Shown piece by piece: positions 9,176 to 18,358 of a stretch of 64,000 bases of DNA. Numbering within the stretch: position 1 is the stretch's first letter; each line of letters starts with the position of its first letter. A program made the translations under genes and the position numbers. Source of the stretch: Oculatellaceae cyanobacterium bins.114 (GTDB lineage: Bacteria; Cyanobacteriota; Cyanobacteriia; Elainellales; Elainellaceae); assembly GCA_033764315.1 (NCBI GenBank), contig JANRJA010000170.1, forward strand, positions 1 to 64,000, in the 5' to 3' direction. The notes below the pieces were generated by a model that made no database searches, had not been told where the DNA came from, and saw only the letters and a program-made list of their open reading frames with translations.

Positions 9176-9892
9176 ATGCCAAATATGGCAGTGGGTTTGA
9201 TTCCTACCTATTCCGATGATTTAGGTAGAGCGGTCACAGATGTAAGGTTTAAGATTCGAGGTGACAAACTACAGGTTTCTGGGTTTGGGCTTGCTCCGGC
9301 TGGTGGGTGCACTGGCACAGGGAATTTATTCACGCTACGTCACGCAGTGGCACAATATGCTGACGGCAGCACGATACGATATCCCATTGATAACCCTGTA
9401 AATACCATCACAGTGGTTCAAGCAGCGGTTGCGGATGGTGCGGTCTGCGTTCACGTTGAGGGTGAACGTTGGTCTTTCATTCCTCCTAACATCGTAGGAG
9501 CACAGGGAGGGAATCAGCAGACTTATGTGGTTAACCCTGGATTCGCTGACAAAGAAACGGGTCTATTCACATACAACTCCAATATCGTTGGAGCTGGGGT
9601 AAATGCTCGGTACGCGATCGAACTTTCACCCACTAACATCTCTGATGCGATTCGTGGCTGTCTCACTGCTCCGGTGGTCGGGACGGCTCCATGCTCTCTA
9701 GCAGGCGGAACCACACCCCGTTACTTGACTGTGTTAGCCAATAAGTTGGGGGGTGGACAAGTCGCACGACAGGCAAAGGTCAGTGATTGGGGTCTTCCTG
9801 TACGTACCTGTGCGGCTGCTCTCTATGCCGTTGGGTTCTGCGTCAAATATCAGGGTGAAAGTTATCGTAATGCTCACTTAGTATTGCCATAA
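9176..9892 (+). CDS. Unknown protein with an internal duplication; candidate structural protein
   Basis: GAGAGGT RBS; halves end CVHVEGE and CVKYQGE. Confidence 0.65.
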   Translation: MPNMAVGLIPTYSDDLGRAVTDVRFKIRGDKLQVSGFGLAPAGGCTGTGNLFTLRHAVAQYADGSTIRYPIDNPVNTITVVQAAVADGAVCVHVEGERWSFIPPNIVGAQGGNQQTYVVNPGFADKETGLFTYNSNIVGAGVNARYAIELSPTNISDAIRGCLTAPVVGTAPCSLAGGTTPRYLTVLANKLGGGQVARQAKVSDWGLPVRTCAAALYAVGFCVKYQGESYRNAHLVLP

Positions 9893-9893
9893 G

Positions 9894-10262
9894 ATGCTTG
9901 AACAGCAATTGAGACAACTTAGCAAATTTAGATTTGCTATCACCTACCCTAAATTGCCTGGATTTATTCTCAGGCTCAATTTTGAGCCTATTATCCTTAG
10001 TCACAATATAGAGGGCAATTATGCTCTTTTACATTGGCAAGCGATGCCAAAGGGAGAAAGAAGATGGGGATGTTTTTGCATGAAAGATGGTGAAACATCC
10101 TATCAATCTTTCATTGAATTAAATCCAGTTTCAGGGGTCACTTTAAGAGGTATTCAAATCGATGAAACCTTCTTTACTTTTGTGCCTACTGCCGTCATCC
10201 ATTGTCCAAACTGCTTTCTATCTGTTGATGGGGATTTCGGGATTCTTAAATTGATTGAATGA
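9894..10262 (+). CDS. Hypothetical element protein
   Basis: Tightly packed in the operon; HWQAMPKGERRWG motif of unknown meaning. Confidence 0.6.
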   Translation: MLEQQLRQLSKFRFAITYPKLPGFILRLNFEPIILSHNIEGNYALLHWQAMPKGERRWGCFCMKDGETSYQSFIELNPVSGVTLRGIQIDETFFTFVPTAVIHCPNCFLSVDGDFGILKLIE

Positions 10263-10978
10263 CGTGGAATCTTGCATACGATGGTGAGATAGATGTTTTG
10301 GCACTGCAATGTCAACCCTTTTTTATTGACACTGTTGTAGGTCAAAGATTGGTGATTTGTGCTGATAATCCTTTTGCTCAACCAAATTGGAATGTTGCAT
10401 TTTATCTAACAGTAATCACAACAATTTCAGACTTTCAAGGAACTGTGATTCCAGTTGAAGCACTCAAGCAAACGATTAGTTTAGGAGAAAACGCATATGT
10501 AGAAATACCTCAGTTTGTAACAGTTTATAAGCTGAAATTAGAGTTCCCTAAGTGGCATAAAGGCATGAAGCTTCAAATATGGGCACAAGAGCTACAGATA
10601 TCAGGTGAATTCTTCTCAGCCGAAACACAATCAGCGGTCGTCTCAGGACAACCCTTAATTCTTCAAATAACTGGAAAATTGGCTCTTGCAAGAAATGATG
10701 ATTTCGCTCTTTCCTTTGCAACCTGCTTCGGTGCCAGTGATGCCAATCCAACCGAACCCGCAAGCTATATCACCGAAGGGCAAATTTTTAGAGGTGATTG
10801 GAGTCCTGTAGTAGGGGTGCCTTCACTCATCCCAGGGGCAACTTACTATCTTGCTTCGACACCAGGCACCATGAGTGCGATCGCACCAACCGACCCCGGT
10901 TATGTGGTGGTGGCACTCGGAAAAGCCTTGACCACAAACCTGTTCGATATCGAAATTCAATCCCCAATTCTCTTATAA
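10259..10978 (+). CDS. Two-domain virion accessory protein (C-terminal decoration/fibre-like domain)
   Basis: C-terminus is paralogous to the next gene (PGATYYLAS..PG...AP...VVALGKAL). Confidence 0.6.
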   Translation: MTWNLAYDGEIDVLALQCQPFFIDTVVGQRLVICADNPFAQPNWNVAFYLTVITTISDFQGTVIPVEALKQTISLGENAYVEIPQFVTVYKLKLEFPKWHKGMKLQIWAQELQISGEFFSAETQSAVVSGQPLILQITGKLALARNDDFALSFATCFGASDANPTEPASYITEGQIFRGDWSPVVGVPSLIPGATYYLASTPGTMSAIAPTDPGYVVVALGKALTTNLFDIEIQSPILL

Positions 10979-10980
10979 CT

Positions 10981-11463
10981 ATGGCTCTCATTAAACCTCT
11001 GGTCATCATTAATGGACTTGTTCAACAACTCTCAGCGGCTGACACCCTTGATGCTGCTGTATCAGAGGTAGATGTAGTTTCCCTTACCAACAACCAGGGA
11101 ACCGCAGTGGTGATTGGTACTCCCGTCTATTCCAATGCCACTGGACAATACCGGAGCGCACAGGCTAACGCAAGCGGAACTGTTCAGGTTATTGGATTGG
11201 CAAAGGATGTATCAGTTGCTAACGCTGCATCAGGACTTGTTCAAACCGATGGTGTGATGGTCGCAACTACAACTCAGTGGGATGCTATAACCGGACAAAC
11301 AGGGGGGTTAACCGCTGGCTCTCCCTACTTCCTCTCAGCTTCGACCGCTGGCAGGCTAACTGTAACGGCTCCCTCTACCGTTGGTCAATTCGTCGTTCGC
11401 GTAGGAATTGCTCTGAGTGCCACTCAAATGGATATTACTGTTCAACCTCCTATAGGGCTTTAA
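10981..11463 (+). CDS. Virion decoration/fibre-associated protein (DUF2190-like)
   Basis: ATG at 10981; G-x-PVY...VIGLA...GLTAGSPYFLS...VVRVGIA pattern seen in phage accessory proteins. Confidence 0.6.
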   Translation: MALIKPLVIINGLVQQLSAADTLDAAVSEVDVVSLTNNQGTAVVIGTPVYSNATGQYRSAQANASGTVQVIGLAKDVSVANAASGLVQTDGVMVATTTQWDAITGQTGGLTAGSPYFLSASTAGRLTVTAPSTVGQFVVRVGIALSATQMDITVQPPIGL

Positions 11464-12131
11464 TGACTCGTTTCTTGGCTATAGTAAGCGGTCGTCCAAC
11501 GATGACAGACCTGGCAGTGCGATCGGCAGGTTTCATCATGCCGCGCATTCGTGCCACTCCCCTCGCTGCCTTTATCCTTGAGTACGATGGTTATTGGGTG
11601 CAATTGAGCGGTGATAGCACTCCTAGAACGATCGGCAATGCCTCATCAGGAGCGGCAACGGCTCAAAGCTGGACGAGCATTCTATACACACTCATTTGGA
11701 ATAATTACACACAAACTCAGTGTCCAGTCCTCACATCTGGGGGGGGTGCTTCGACGAGAGGGGCAAGTGCTAGTGCAGACTATTCAGCTAATAAACGGCT
11801 CACATTGCCTGATTTTAGGGGGCGATCGCTCATTGGAACCGGGACCGCTCCCAGTGGGACTACCAGAGTTGCAGGGGATACGATCGGTTTAGAGAGTGTA
11901 ACACTCACCACAGATCAGCTTCCATCGCACCGTCACAGACTAAATGCTTTGGGTACAGCAGGGGGTTCATTTAGAAATGTGAACGTTGCGACGGCAGGAA
12001 CCCTTGATCAATACGTTGATTCATCCGGTGGAGCCGCCTATGTTGAAAATACGGGTTCAGGACTTCCATTCAACATCATTCAACCTTGTCACGTTGTTGA
12101 CTACTGGATATCGGCAGGAGCACGAGCATGA
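11463..12131 (+). CDS. Phage tail-collar/fibre-family protein
   Basis: LTLPDFRGRSLIGTG, GLESVTLTTDQLPSHRH and ENTGSGLPFNIIQP motifs; TAATG coupling to the upstream gene. Confidence 0.75.
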   Translation: MTRFLAIVSGRPTMTDLAVRSAGFIMPRIRATPLAAFILEYDGYWVQLSGDSTPRTIGNASSGAATAQSWTSILYTLIWNNYTQTQCPVLTSGGGASTRGASASADYSANKRLTLPDFRGRSLIGTGTAPSGTTRVAGDTIGLESVTLTTDQLPSHRHRLNALGTAGGSFRNVNVATAGTLDQYVDSSGGAAYVENTGSGLPFNIIQPCHVVDYWISAGARA

Positions 12132-12373
12132 CCAGTGACAGTCTAGAAATATTAGCAACCGTTTTGGGTATCACTTCGCTGATTGCGGGGGGGATTGCCT
12201 GGTATCGTGGATCGGTTCAAAAAGCCTATGCCGCAGAACGTGAGATGGGGCATATCAAGCAAAACCTTCAACAATTAGGGCAGGGTTTAGGCTCAATCGA
12301 CAAGGAACTTGAGGAACTTAATCGGGTGATTGTCGAGATTAAAGCGTTAATATTGGCACAGACGAGGCATTAA
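12128..12373 (+). CDS. Holin-like small membrane protein
   Basis: One N-terminal TM helix plus a coiled coil; last gene of the operon; ATGA overlap. Confidence 0.5.
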   Translation: MTSDSLEILATVLGITSLIAGGIAWYRGSVQKAYAAEREMGHIKQNLQQLGQGLGSIDKELEELNRVIVEIKALILAQTRH

Positions 12374-12422
12374 GAGGACTGAAAATCCTCGTGTCGGCGG
12401 TTCAAGTCCGCCTCCTGGCATT
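12373..12422 (+). repeat. attR: duplicated 3' part of tRNA-Phe (anticodon arm to 3' end)
   Basis: AGAGGACTGAAAATCCTCGTGTCGGCGGTTCAAGTCCGCCTCCTGGCATT; lacks the acceptor 5' strand and D-arm. Confidence 0.92.
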
Positions 12423-12530
12423 TTTAATTGCTATTGTGTCGTGTAAATTTTAGGAAACCGCAGGTTTACCCTTGCTTCTCAGCAATGAGATGTCAAGATC
12501 AAGATAAGATGCAGCCTGTTTCGAGATCTT

Positions 12531-14069
12531 ATGCCTGAACTTCAAGGTTCCATTGCTTATCATTATCACGAGCGCACCAAATACGACCCGGAAACGCTCG
12601 CAGGAAAGGCACATGAGCCAGATTGGAACAACCCACCAGTGCCCTTTAAGGAATACAAATTAGGGACTTCCTTTGATCTGAAGCCCTATATGACTGGCAA
12701 TGCAGATATTTCCACCGAAGAGGGGCAATATTGGCGACGCTTATCTCGTTTTTTGTTTTGCAGCTATGGGTTAACGCTAAGAATGATGACCCTCAATGGA
12801 GATCCGCTCTATTTGAGGGCGGCTCCATCGGCAGGTGGGCTTTATCCGGCTGAAGTATATCTGATCTCTCGCGGCACTCCCTTGTTACCCGCTGGGCTAT
12901 ATCACTATCAACCCCAAACCCATTCGCTGCTTTACTTTTGGGAGAATGAGGTGTGGAAGAGTTTGCAGAATGCCTGTTTTTGGAATTCCACCCTCGATAA
13001 CACTCAAATTGCAGTCGTCGTGACGGCAATCTTCTTTCGCTCAGCATGGCGTTATCAAGACCGAGCCTATCGCCGCATTTTTCTAGACTCTGGGCATTTG
13101 TTAGGAAATATTGAACTGGCAGCTGCCATTAATGATTATCGACCTCACTTAATTGGCGGGTTTGCAGACGAAGCTGTCAATGAGCTGCTTTATTTAGATA
13201 CGGCACAAGAAGGGGCGATCGCTGTCATTCCCCTAGCTGATCGCCTCCAAATTCGGGAGAATTTACCTCTGGCAGCCACGGCTCTGCCCTCTGCCACACA
13301 GACCACCTATCCTTACATTGCCGATGGAGATTTGCTGGCCTACCTGCATCGAGCTACACAAATTCCCAGTAATCAGCCATTTTCTAAACAGGATCTACTA
13401 AAACCCATAGCACCTGCTGAGCAAACGTTAGAAGATAAATACAATTTCCCGTTTTGTTTGAAGGTGCCGACGATTAGCACAGCCATTCAATGGGGCAATG
13501 AGCTAACCGATCTAGAGAAAACGATTCTTAAGCGGCGATCGACGCGGGCTTATACCGGGGATGATCTGACGCTAGATGAACTCAAACTCTTGCTCGACTT
13601 TACCTATCAGCCCAATCACTATGTCGATCAGGGGCTAGATCCCAGTCCTGATTATTTTGATCTTGACTTGATTCAGACTTTTATTGCGATTTCAGGGGTC
13701 GAGGGTTTAGAGGAAGGTTGCTACTACTATGCTCCTAAGGCTCAAGAGCTAAGGCAAATTCGCTTTAAGAACTTTCGACGAGAGCTACATATGCTCTGCT
13801 TGGGGCAAAATTTGGGGCGCGATGCTGGAGCTGTCTTGTTCCACACGGCTGATTTGCAGTTGGCTGTCAAGCAATATGGCGATCGCGCCTACCGCTATTT
13901 ACACATGGATGCTGGACATCTAGGGCAACGGCTCAACCTGGCTGCCATTCACCTGGGTTTAGGCGTGAGCGGCATTGGTGGTTTCTTCGATGACCAGGTC
14001 AATGAAGTGTTAGGCATTCCCACCGATGAAGCTGTGTTGTACATCACGACTTTAGGGAGACCGGGGTAA
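12531..14069 (+). CDS. SagB/ThcOx-family nitroreductase-like dehydrogenase (two domains)
   Basis: RAAPSAGGLYPAEVY, RAYRRIFLDSGH, RRSTRAY, DRAYRYLHMDAGH. Confidence 0.88.
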   Translation: MPELQGSIAYHYHERTKYDPETLAGKAHEPDWNNPPVPFKEYKLGTSFDLKPYMTGNADISTEEGQYWRRLSRFLFCSYGLTLRMMTLNGDPLYLRAAPSAGGLYPAEVYLISRGTPLLPAGLYHYQPQTHSLLYFWENEVWKSLQNACFWNSTLDNTQIAVVVTAIFFRSAWRYQDRAYRRIFLDSGHLLGNIELAAAINDYRPHLIGGFADEAVNELLYLDTAQEGAIAVIPLADRLQIRENLPLAATALPSATQTTYPYIADGDLLAYLHRATQIPSNQPFSKQDLLKPIAPAEQTLEDKYNFPFCLKVPTISTAIQWGNELTDLEKTILKRRSTRAYTGDDLTLDELKLLLDFTYQPNHYVDQGLDPSPDYFDLDLIQTFIAISGVEGLEEGCYYYAPKAQELRQIRFKNFRRELHMLCLGQNLGRDAGAVLFHTADLQLAVKQYGDRAYRYLHMDAGHLGQRLNLAAIHLGLGVSGIGGFFDDQVNEVLGIPTDEAVLYITTLGRPG

Positions 14070-14129
14070 GAGAAAAGAAAGAAGAGAAAAGATATTTTGC
14101 CTTCTTTTTTCTCTCTTCTTTCTTTTTTC

Positions 14130-14696
14130 TTATGCCACTCCAGCAGTGGCAAACAAAGCTGTCTCGATTTGTGCTAAGGCCTTATCCAAATCATCGTTAA
14201 TGATTTGAGTGTCAAACTCACTGGCAGCCGCAATTTCAGCTTTGGCGTGGTTGAGCCGACGGGCGATCGCCTCCTCAGAGTCTTGTCCTCGTCCGCGCAG
14301 GCGAAACTCTAACTCAGTCAACGAGGGAGGCAAGATAAAGATTTGCAAGGCTTCTGGGAAGGTCTGCCGAATTTGCCGTGCCCCTTGCAGTTCGATTTCT
14401 AAAACGACCCACTCTCCTTGTTGAATGTGCTGCTCCACAGCACGACGAGGAGTGCCATAGTAGTTACCAGCAAACTCTGCCCACTCTAACAATTCGCCAT
14501 TGGCAACCATGCGCTCAAAGTCGTCTCGACTGGTGAAGTAGTAATGCTTGCCATTGATTTCACCAGGACGAGGCGATCGCGTTGTGGCTGAGACTGAAAA
14601 GTACAGCTCAGGATGACGCTGGAGGAGCGATCGCATCAATGTGCCTTTTCCAACTCCGCTAGGTCCAGTTAATACAATCAGCCTACCGAGTCCCAT
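14130..14696 (-). CDS. gmk: Guanylate kinase
   Basis: [10 protein letters not shown]-loop, [15 protein letters not shown]. Confidence 0.95.
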   Translation of the reverse strand: MGLGRLIVLTGPSGVGKGTLMRSLLQRHPELYFSVSATTRSPRPGEINGKHYYFTSRDDFERMVANGELLEWAEFAGNYYGTPRRAVEQHIQQGEWVVLEIELQGARQIRQTFPEALQIFILPPSLTELEFRLRGRGQDSEEAIARRLNHAKAEIAAASEFDTQIINDDLDKALAQIETALFATAGVA

Positions 14697-14786
14697 GCGC
14701 CTCCACTGGTTTGATTTCACAAATAGGTACTCTATTGTACAGACGGATGACAAAAAAAGGGGGAAGGAAGGCAGAAGGGTTGAGAG

Positions 14787-14861
14787 AACTCAAAACTCAA
14801 AACTCAAAACTCAAAACTCAAAACTCAAAACTCAAAACTTAAAACTCAAAACTCAAAACTC
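14787..14861. repeat. Heptamer tandem repeat (AACTCAA) x~10, STRR-type
   Basis: Seen directly. Confidence 0.9.
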
Positions 14862-14892
14862 TCTTACCCATCCCCCATCTCCCCCTTCCAAG

Positions 14893-15510
14893 TCACTCCT
14901 CCACATCTCGACTAGACATAAAGCGATTAGCGACTGTTTCGGGTTGAATGGCAGAAAGAATGACATGCCCTGAATCTGTAATAATGACAGCTCTAGTGCG
15001 ACGACCATACGTTGCGTCTACCAACTGTCCGCGATCGCGAGCATCGCTAATAATCCGTTTGATGGGGGCAGACTCTGGGCTAACGATAGCAATAACTCGG
15101 TTGGCAGAGACAATGTTGCCAAAACCAATATTGATCAGCTTGATGTCCATAACGGCTAATAGCCCATGTGAATTGGGGGACGGTGAATGGCTATATCGGC
15201 TGAAAACAAGACGTTGGGCAACCGTTTCGGGTTGAATCGCTGATAAGATGATGTGCTCTACAGGCGTGTGGCTATCCGGGTTTGACCCAGAGGATAGAGC
15301 ACGGCTCCCCCCTGACCAAAACTGACGGATATTATGGATAATAATCGCTGCTCGTGCTGGACGACCCTCCGTAGCGTCTTTGAATCTGCCTTGTTGTTGT
15401 GCATCCGTAATCATGCACTGCATTGAAGTTGACTCAGGGTCAATCACAGCAACCACCTCATCGGCAGGTATGGTGTTGCCAAAGCCGAAGTTGATTCGCT
15501 GAAAGCCCAT
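14893..15510 (-). CDS. remA: RemA/DUF370 family protein with two tandem domains (canonical copy starts at 15150)
   Basis: [28 protein letters not shown]...[12 protein letters not shown]...[10 protein letters not shown]; upstream of gmk. Confidence 0.88.
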   Translation of the reverse strand: MGFQRINFGFGNTIPADEVVAVIDPESTSMQCMITDAQQQGRFKDATEGRPARAAIIIHNIRQFWSGGSRALSSGSNPDSHTPVEHIILSAIQPETVAQRLVFSRYSHSPSPNSHGLLAVMDIKLINIGFGNIVSANRVIAIVSPESAPIKRIISDARDRGQLVDATYGRRTRAVIITDSGHVILSAIQPETVANRFMSSRDVEE

Positions 15511-15687
15511 GATAAGGTGAGAGCTAAGGAGAGCGTTGGAAATGAATTTGTTTCAATAGTATCTGCAAAAATTTTGCTCAACAAGATTGATTTGCTTTGA
15601 CAGCAATCTACAGCCCCATTTTTTGTTTGAAGCGAAATAGTACTCTTGATGCTTGCTCCTAATTTTTAATGATTAAGGTTTTTAAAA

Positions 15688-17466
15688 GTGCAGCCTGTTG
15701 ATTTCACGACTCTCACGGCTATTTGTGTTGAACTGCGGGCAGAGTGGCTTCCTGCTCGGTTAGAACAGGTTTATCAACGCGATCGCTACACTATTGCTCT
15801 TAGTTTGCGCACCCTAAACAAGCGAGGCTGGCTCACTTTGGGCTGGCATCCTCAAGCGGCACGAGTTTGTATCAGTGACCCACCCCCCCGGACTCCGGAC
15901 ACCTTCACCTTTAGCCAGCAACTCCGCCATCAGCTCAATGGACTGGCATTAATCGCAATCGAGGCGATCGCCCCTTGGGAGCGAGCATTAGACTTTCAGT
16001 TTGCGCGTCGTCCGGGTGATCCCCCGATGTGGCATCTCTATGTTGAGGTGATGAACAAATACAGCAATGTCATTTTGACGACAGCAGACCAGTTAATCGT
16101 TACAGCGGCGCATCAAGTCAGTAGCCAACAATCGAGTGTTCGCCCGATTCAAACAGGGCAACCTTACGAATTTCCACCCGCTCTAACTGACCCCATGCCA
16201 TCGTTAAAGGAGCCTCAAGCGCAATGGCAAGAACGGGTGAGCCTGATTCCTGGAAGCTTAAAACGCAACCTGGTAAAAAATTATCGAGGACTCAGCACCG
16301 TGTTAGTGACCTCTATGGTGCAAGCGGCAGACCTTGACCCTGAGCAATCAACTGATAGTCTGACTCAGCAGGAATGGCAACGGCTTTTTGATCGCTGGCA
16401 AGACTGGCTTAAGAAGTTAGAACAGCACCAGTTTGATCCCGGTTGGTTGCCAGTTGGTTATACGGTTATCGGGTGGGGAGCGATGCGAGGCAGTTCTCCA
16501 GATGGGGTAATCACCCCAGCATCATCCGTTCAAGAACTGATCAATCGCTATTACACCGATCAACTCAATCTACAAGAGTTTAATCAATTGCGGCATCAAA
16601 TCAGCCAACGGTTGATCAACTTGCTCAAAAAGCTCTACATCAAGGCAAATGATTTCAAAGCTCGGTTGCAGCAATCCGCTCAGGCAGACGAGTATCGCGC
16701 TCAAGCTGACTTATTGATGGCCCATTTACACGAGTGGCAGCCTGGAATGAAAGCTATCACGCTAAAAGATTTTGAAACAGAGGAGCCAGTCAAAATTTCA
16801 CTCGATCCAGAGAAAAATGCAGTGCAAAATGCCCAGGCTTTTTATAAACGGCATCAAAAATTGAAGCGATCGCGCCTAGCGTTAGAGCCGCTGTTAGCCG
16901 AGGTGCAAACAGAGATTGATTACTTAGAACAAGTAGAAGTGGCGATCGCTCAACTCAATCGTTATCAAACCTCAAACGATTTAGGGTCCCTAGAAGAAAT
17001 CCGAGATGAGTTGATTCAGCAGCAATACATGACCGATCCGGAACAACGACATCGCCCCACGACAAGTCAAACTGACTTTCGCCGCTATCAAACCCCCAAT
17101 GGCTTTGAAGTGCTAGTGGGTCGTAATAATCGCCAAAATGACCAACTGACGTTCCGACTGGCAGGTGATTATGACCTTTGGTTTCATGCACAAGAAATTC
17201 CGGGTAGCCATGTGCTCTTACGTCTGTCTGCCGGAATAGCTCCAGATGAAGTTGACTTAAAATTCACCGCTGATCTGGCAGCTTATTACAGTCGTGCCCA
17301 GCAGAGCGAGCAGGTTCCCGTGATTTACACCGAACCCAAACACGTCTATAAACCCAAAGGAGCCAAACCAGGGATCGCCATCTATAAACAAGAAAGAGTT
17401 CTTTGGGGGCAACCTCAACAGATTGCTGAGCATCTCCCCTCTGCTGTGGTCACGCCCACCCCTTAA
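15688..17466 (+). CDS. NFACT/FbpA (RqcH) family protein
   Basis: DFTTL N-terminus, VGRNNRQND, WFHAQEIPGSHV, AAYYS. Confidence 0.9.
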   Translation: MQPVDFTTLTAICVELRAEWLPARLEQVYQRDRYTIALSLRTLNKRGWLTLGWHPQAARVCISDPPPRTPDTFTFSQQLRHQLNGLALIAIEAIAPWERALDFQFARRPGDPPMWHLYVEVMNKYSNVILTTADQLIVTAAHQVSSQQSSVRPIQTGQPYEFPPALTDPMPSLKEPQAQWQERVSLIPGSLKRNLVKNYRGLSTVLVTSMVQAADLDPEQSTDSLTQQEWQRLFDRWQDWLKKLEQHQFDPGWLPVGYTVIGWGAMRGSSPDGVITPASSVQELINRYYTDQLNLQEFNQLRHQISQRLINLLKKLYIKANDFKARLQQSAQADEYRAQADLLMAHLHEWQPGMKAITLKDFETEEPVKISLDPEKNAVQNAQAFYKRHQKLKRSRLALEPLLAEVQTEIDYLEQVEVAIAQLNRYQTSNDLGSLEEIRDELIQQQYMTDPEQRHRPTTSQTDFRRYQTPNGFEVLVGRNNRQNDQLTFRLAGDYDLWFHAQEIPGSHVLLRLSAGIAPDEVDLKFTADLAAYYSRAQQSEQVPVIYTEPKHVYKPKGAKPGIAIYKQERVLWGQPQQIAEHLPSAVVTPTP

Positions 17467-17482
17467 ATTGCTTGAACAACAA

Positions 17483-18123
17483 TTAATTGGGCTGATCTGC
17501 CAAGTGTCGGCGCAACTCTCGAATTGCGACTCCAATTCCTTGCTCTGATGCAACCTGAAATATTTGAGCAATCAGCGATGGCAAATCTACTTCTGGAAAA
17601 TAACGACTAGAGGATTGCTGTTGATAGCTCTGCCCTTGCAGACTGTAAATTTTGAGTCCACTGTTTTGAACAACCACACTTCTGGAACGAGATAGGGGGC
17701 GTAGTCCTCAATCGCCGTATAGGTGGTGACATCGATTTCAATCACCAAATCAGGGGGTGGGTCAATCTGCCAATCCAGGCGGTCTTTACCAACCGCCGCT
17801 TGCCAATTATCGATGTAAAAATAATAATCTGGCTCAATCCCTCCCTCGTCAGGAATATCCATCGTAATGGGTGTGAAAGCCTCATAGTTGCGGAGTTCAC
17901 TGTCTAGCCATGTTTCGACAACTCTGGCAAGTAAATGGGCTTCACGTCCGTGACGAGGTAAAGGACTCATCAGTAAAATCTCACCATTGCGATATTTAAT
18001 CCGGGGGATGGAACCATTGCCTCGGCTATCACGCAAAGTGCAGTAGTCGTGCCATGTTCCGGGCATTCTCACTACTGTGCCAGGAGGAAGTTGGGTCTTA
18101 TCACGAGAAATTAAGGCATACAT
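17483..18123 (-). pseudogene. Uma2-family endonuclease split by a 1-nt frameshift near 17665
   Basis: EPDYYFYI, PPDLVIEID, Y..VPEVW; the C-terminus (LKIYSL..Y..SRYFP) is in another frame. Confidence 0.75.
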
Positions 18124-18260
18124 AGAACAGTTCTTCTCATGAACTTGCAACGCTTTGCACTTAGCTTGATTAAGTTAAGACGGATCGACTGAAGACCCTA
18201 CAGTTAGCTCATTTTAGAAGATTTCAGGGGTTTTAGAATCTTTACTCGATCAACAAGGCC

Positions 18261-18334
18261 AAAAATATAGGGGCAAACTATGACAGCAAAATTTAGGTTT
18301 AACCCTAACTCCGCTATCACAGTTTGCCCCTATA
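18261..18334 (-). terminator. Long hairpin terminator / 3' stability element of psaFJ
   Basis: 14-bp perfect outer stem, G-U-compatible inner stem on the minus strand, followed by a U-run. Confidence 0.7.
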
Positions 18335-18358
18335 GCAAAACCCAACTTGAACCAAGCT

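Larger units (their letters stand above)
1..12422. mobile_element. ~12.4-kb integrated prophage-like element in tRNA-Phe
   Basis: Exact 26-bp direct repeat visible (1-26 = 12397-12422); tyrosine integrase near the left end; replicase, repressor and virion-like genes inside. Confidence 0.93.

Noticed and set aside
10798..11462. Upstream extensions of the ORFs called at 10798 and 11277
   Set aside because: They overlap real genes; ATGs at 10981 and 11463 give coupled starts
10600..11463. Diversity-generating retroelement TR/VR pair
   Set aside because: Similarity is only at the protein level, and no reverse transcriptase is present
5839..12373. Inovirus or standard tailed prophage
   Set aside because: No Zot/pI Walker-A ATPase or tiny TM coat genes, and no terminase, portal or tape measure recognised
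12373..12420. Second functional tRNA-Phe gene
   Set aside because: Lacks the 5' acceptor strand and D-arm; upstream is the holin-like ORF, so it is an att duplication
12531..14069. RiPP/cyanobactin cluster around the SagB-like gene
   Set aside because: No precursor, YcaO or protease nearby; the gene stands alone
14641..14973. ORF with KLKTQNS repeats
   Set aside because: Translation of the heptamer repeat, overlapping gmk and remA antisense
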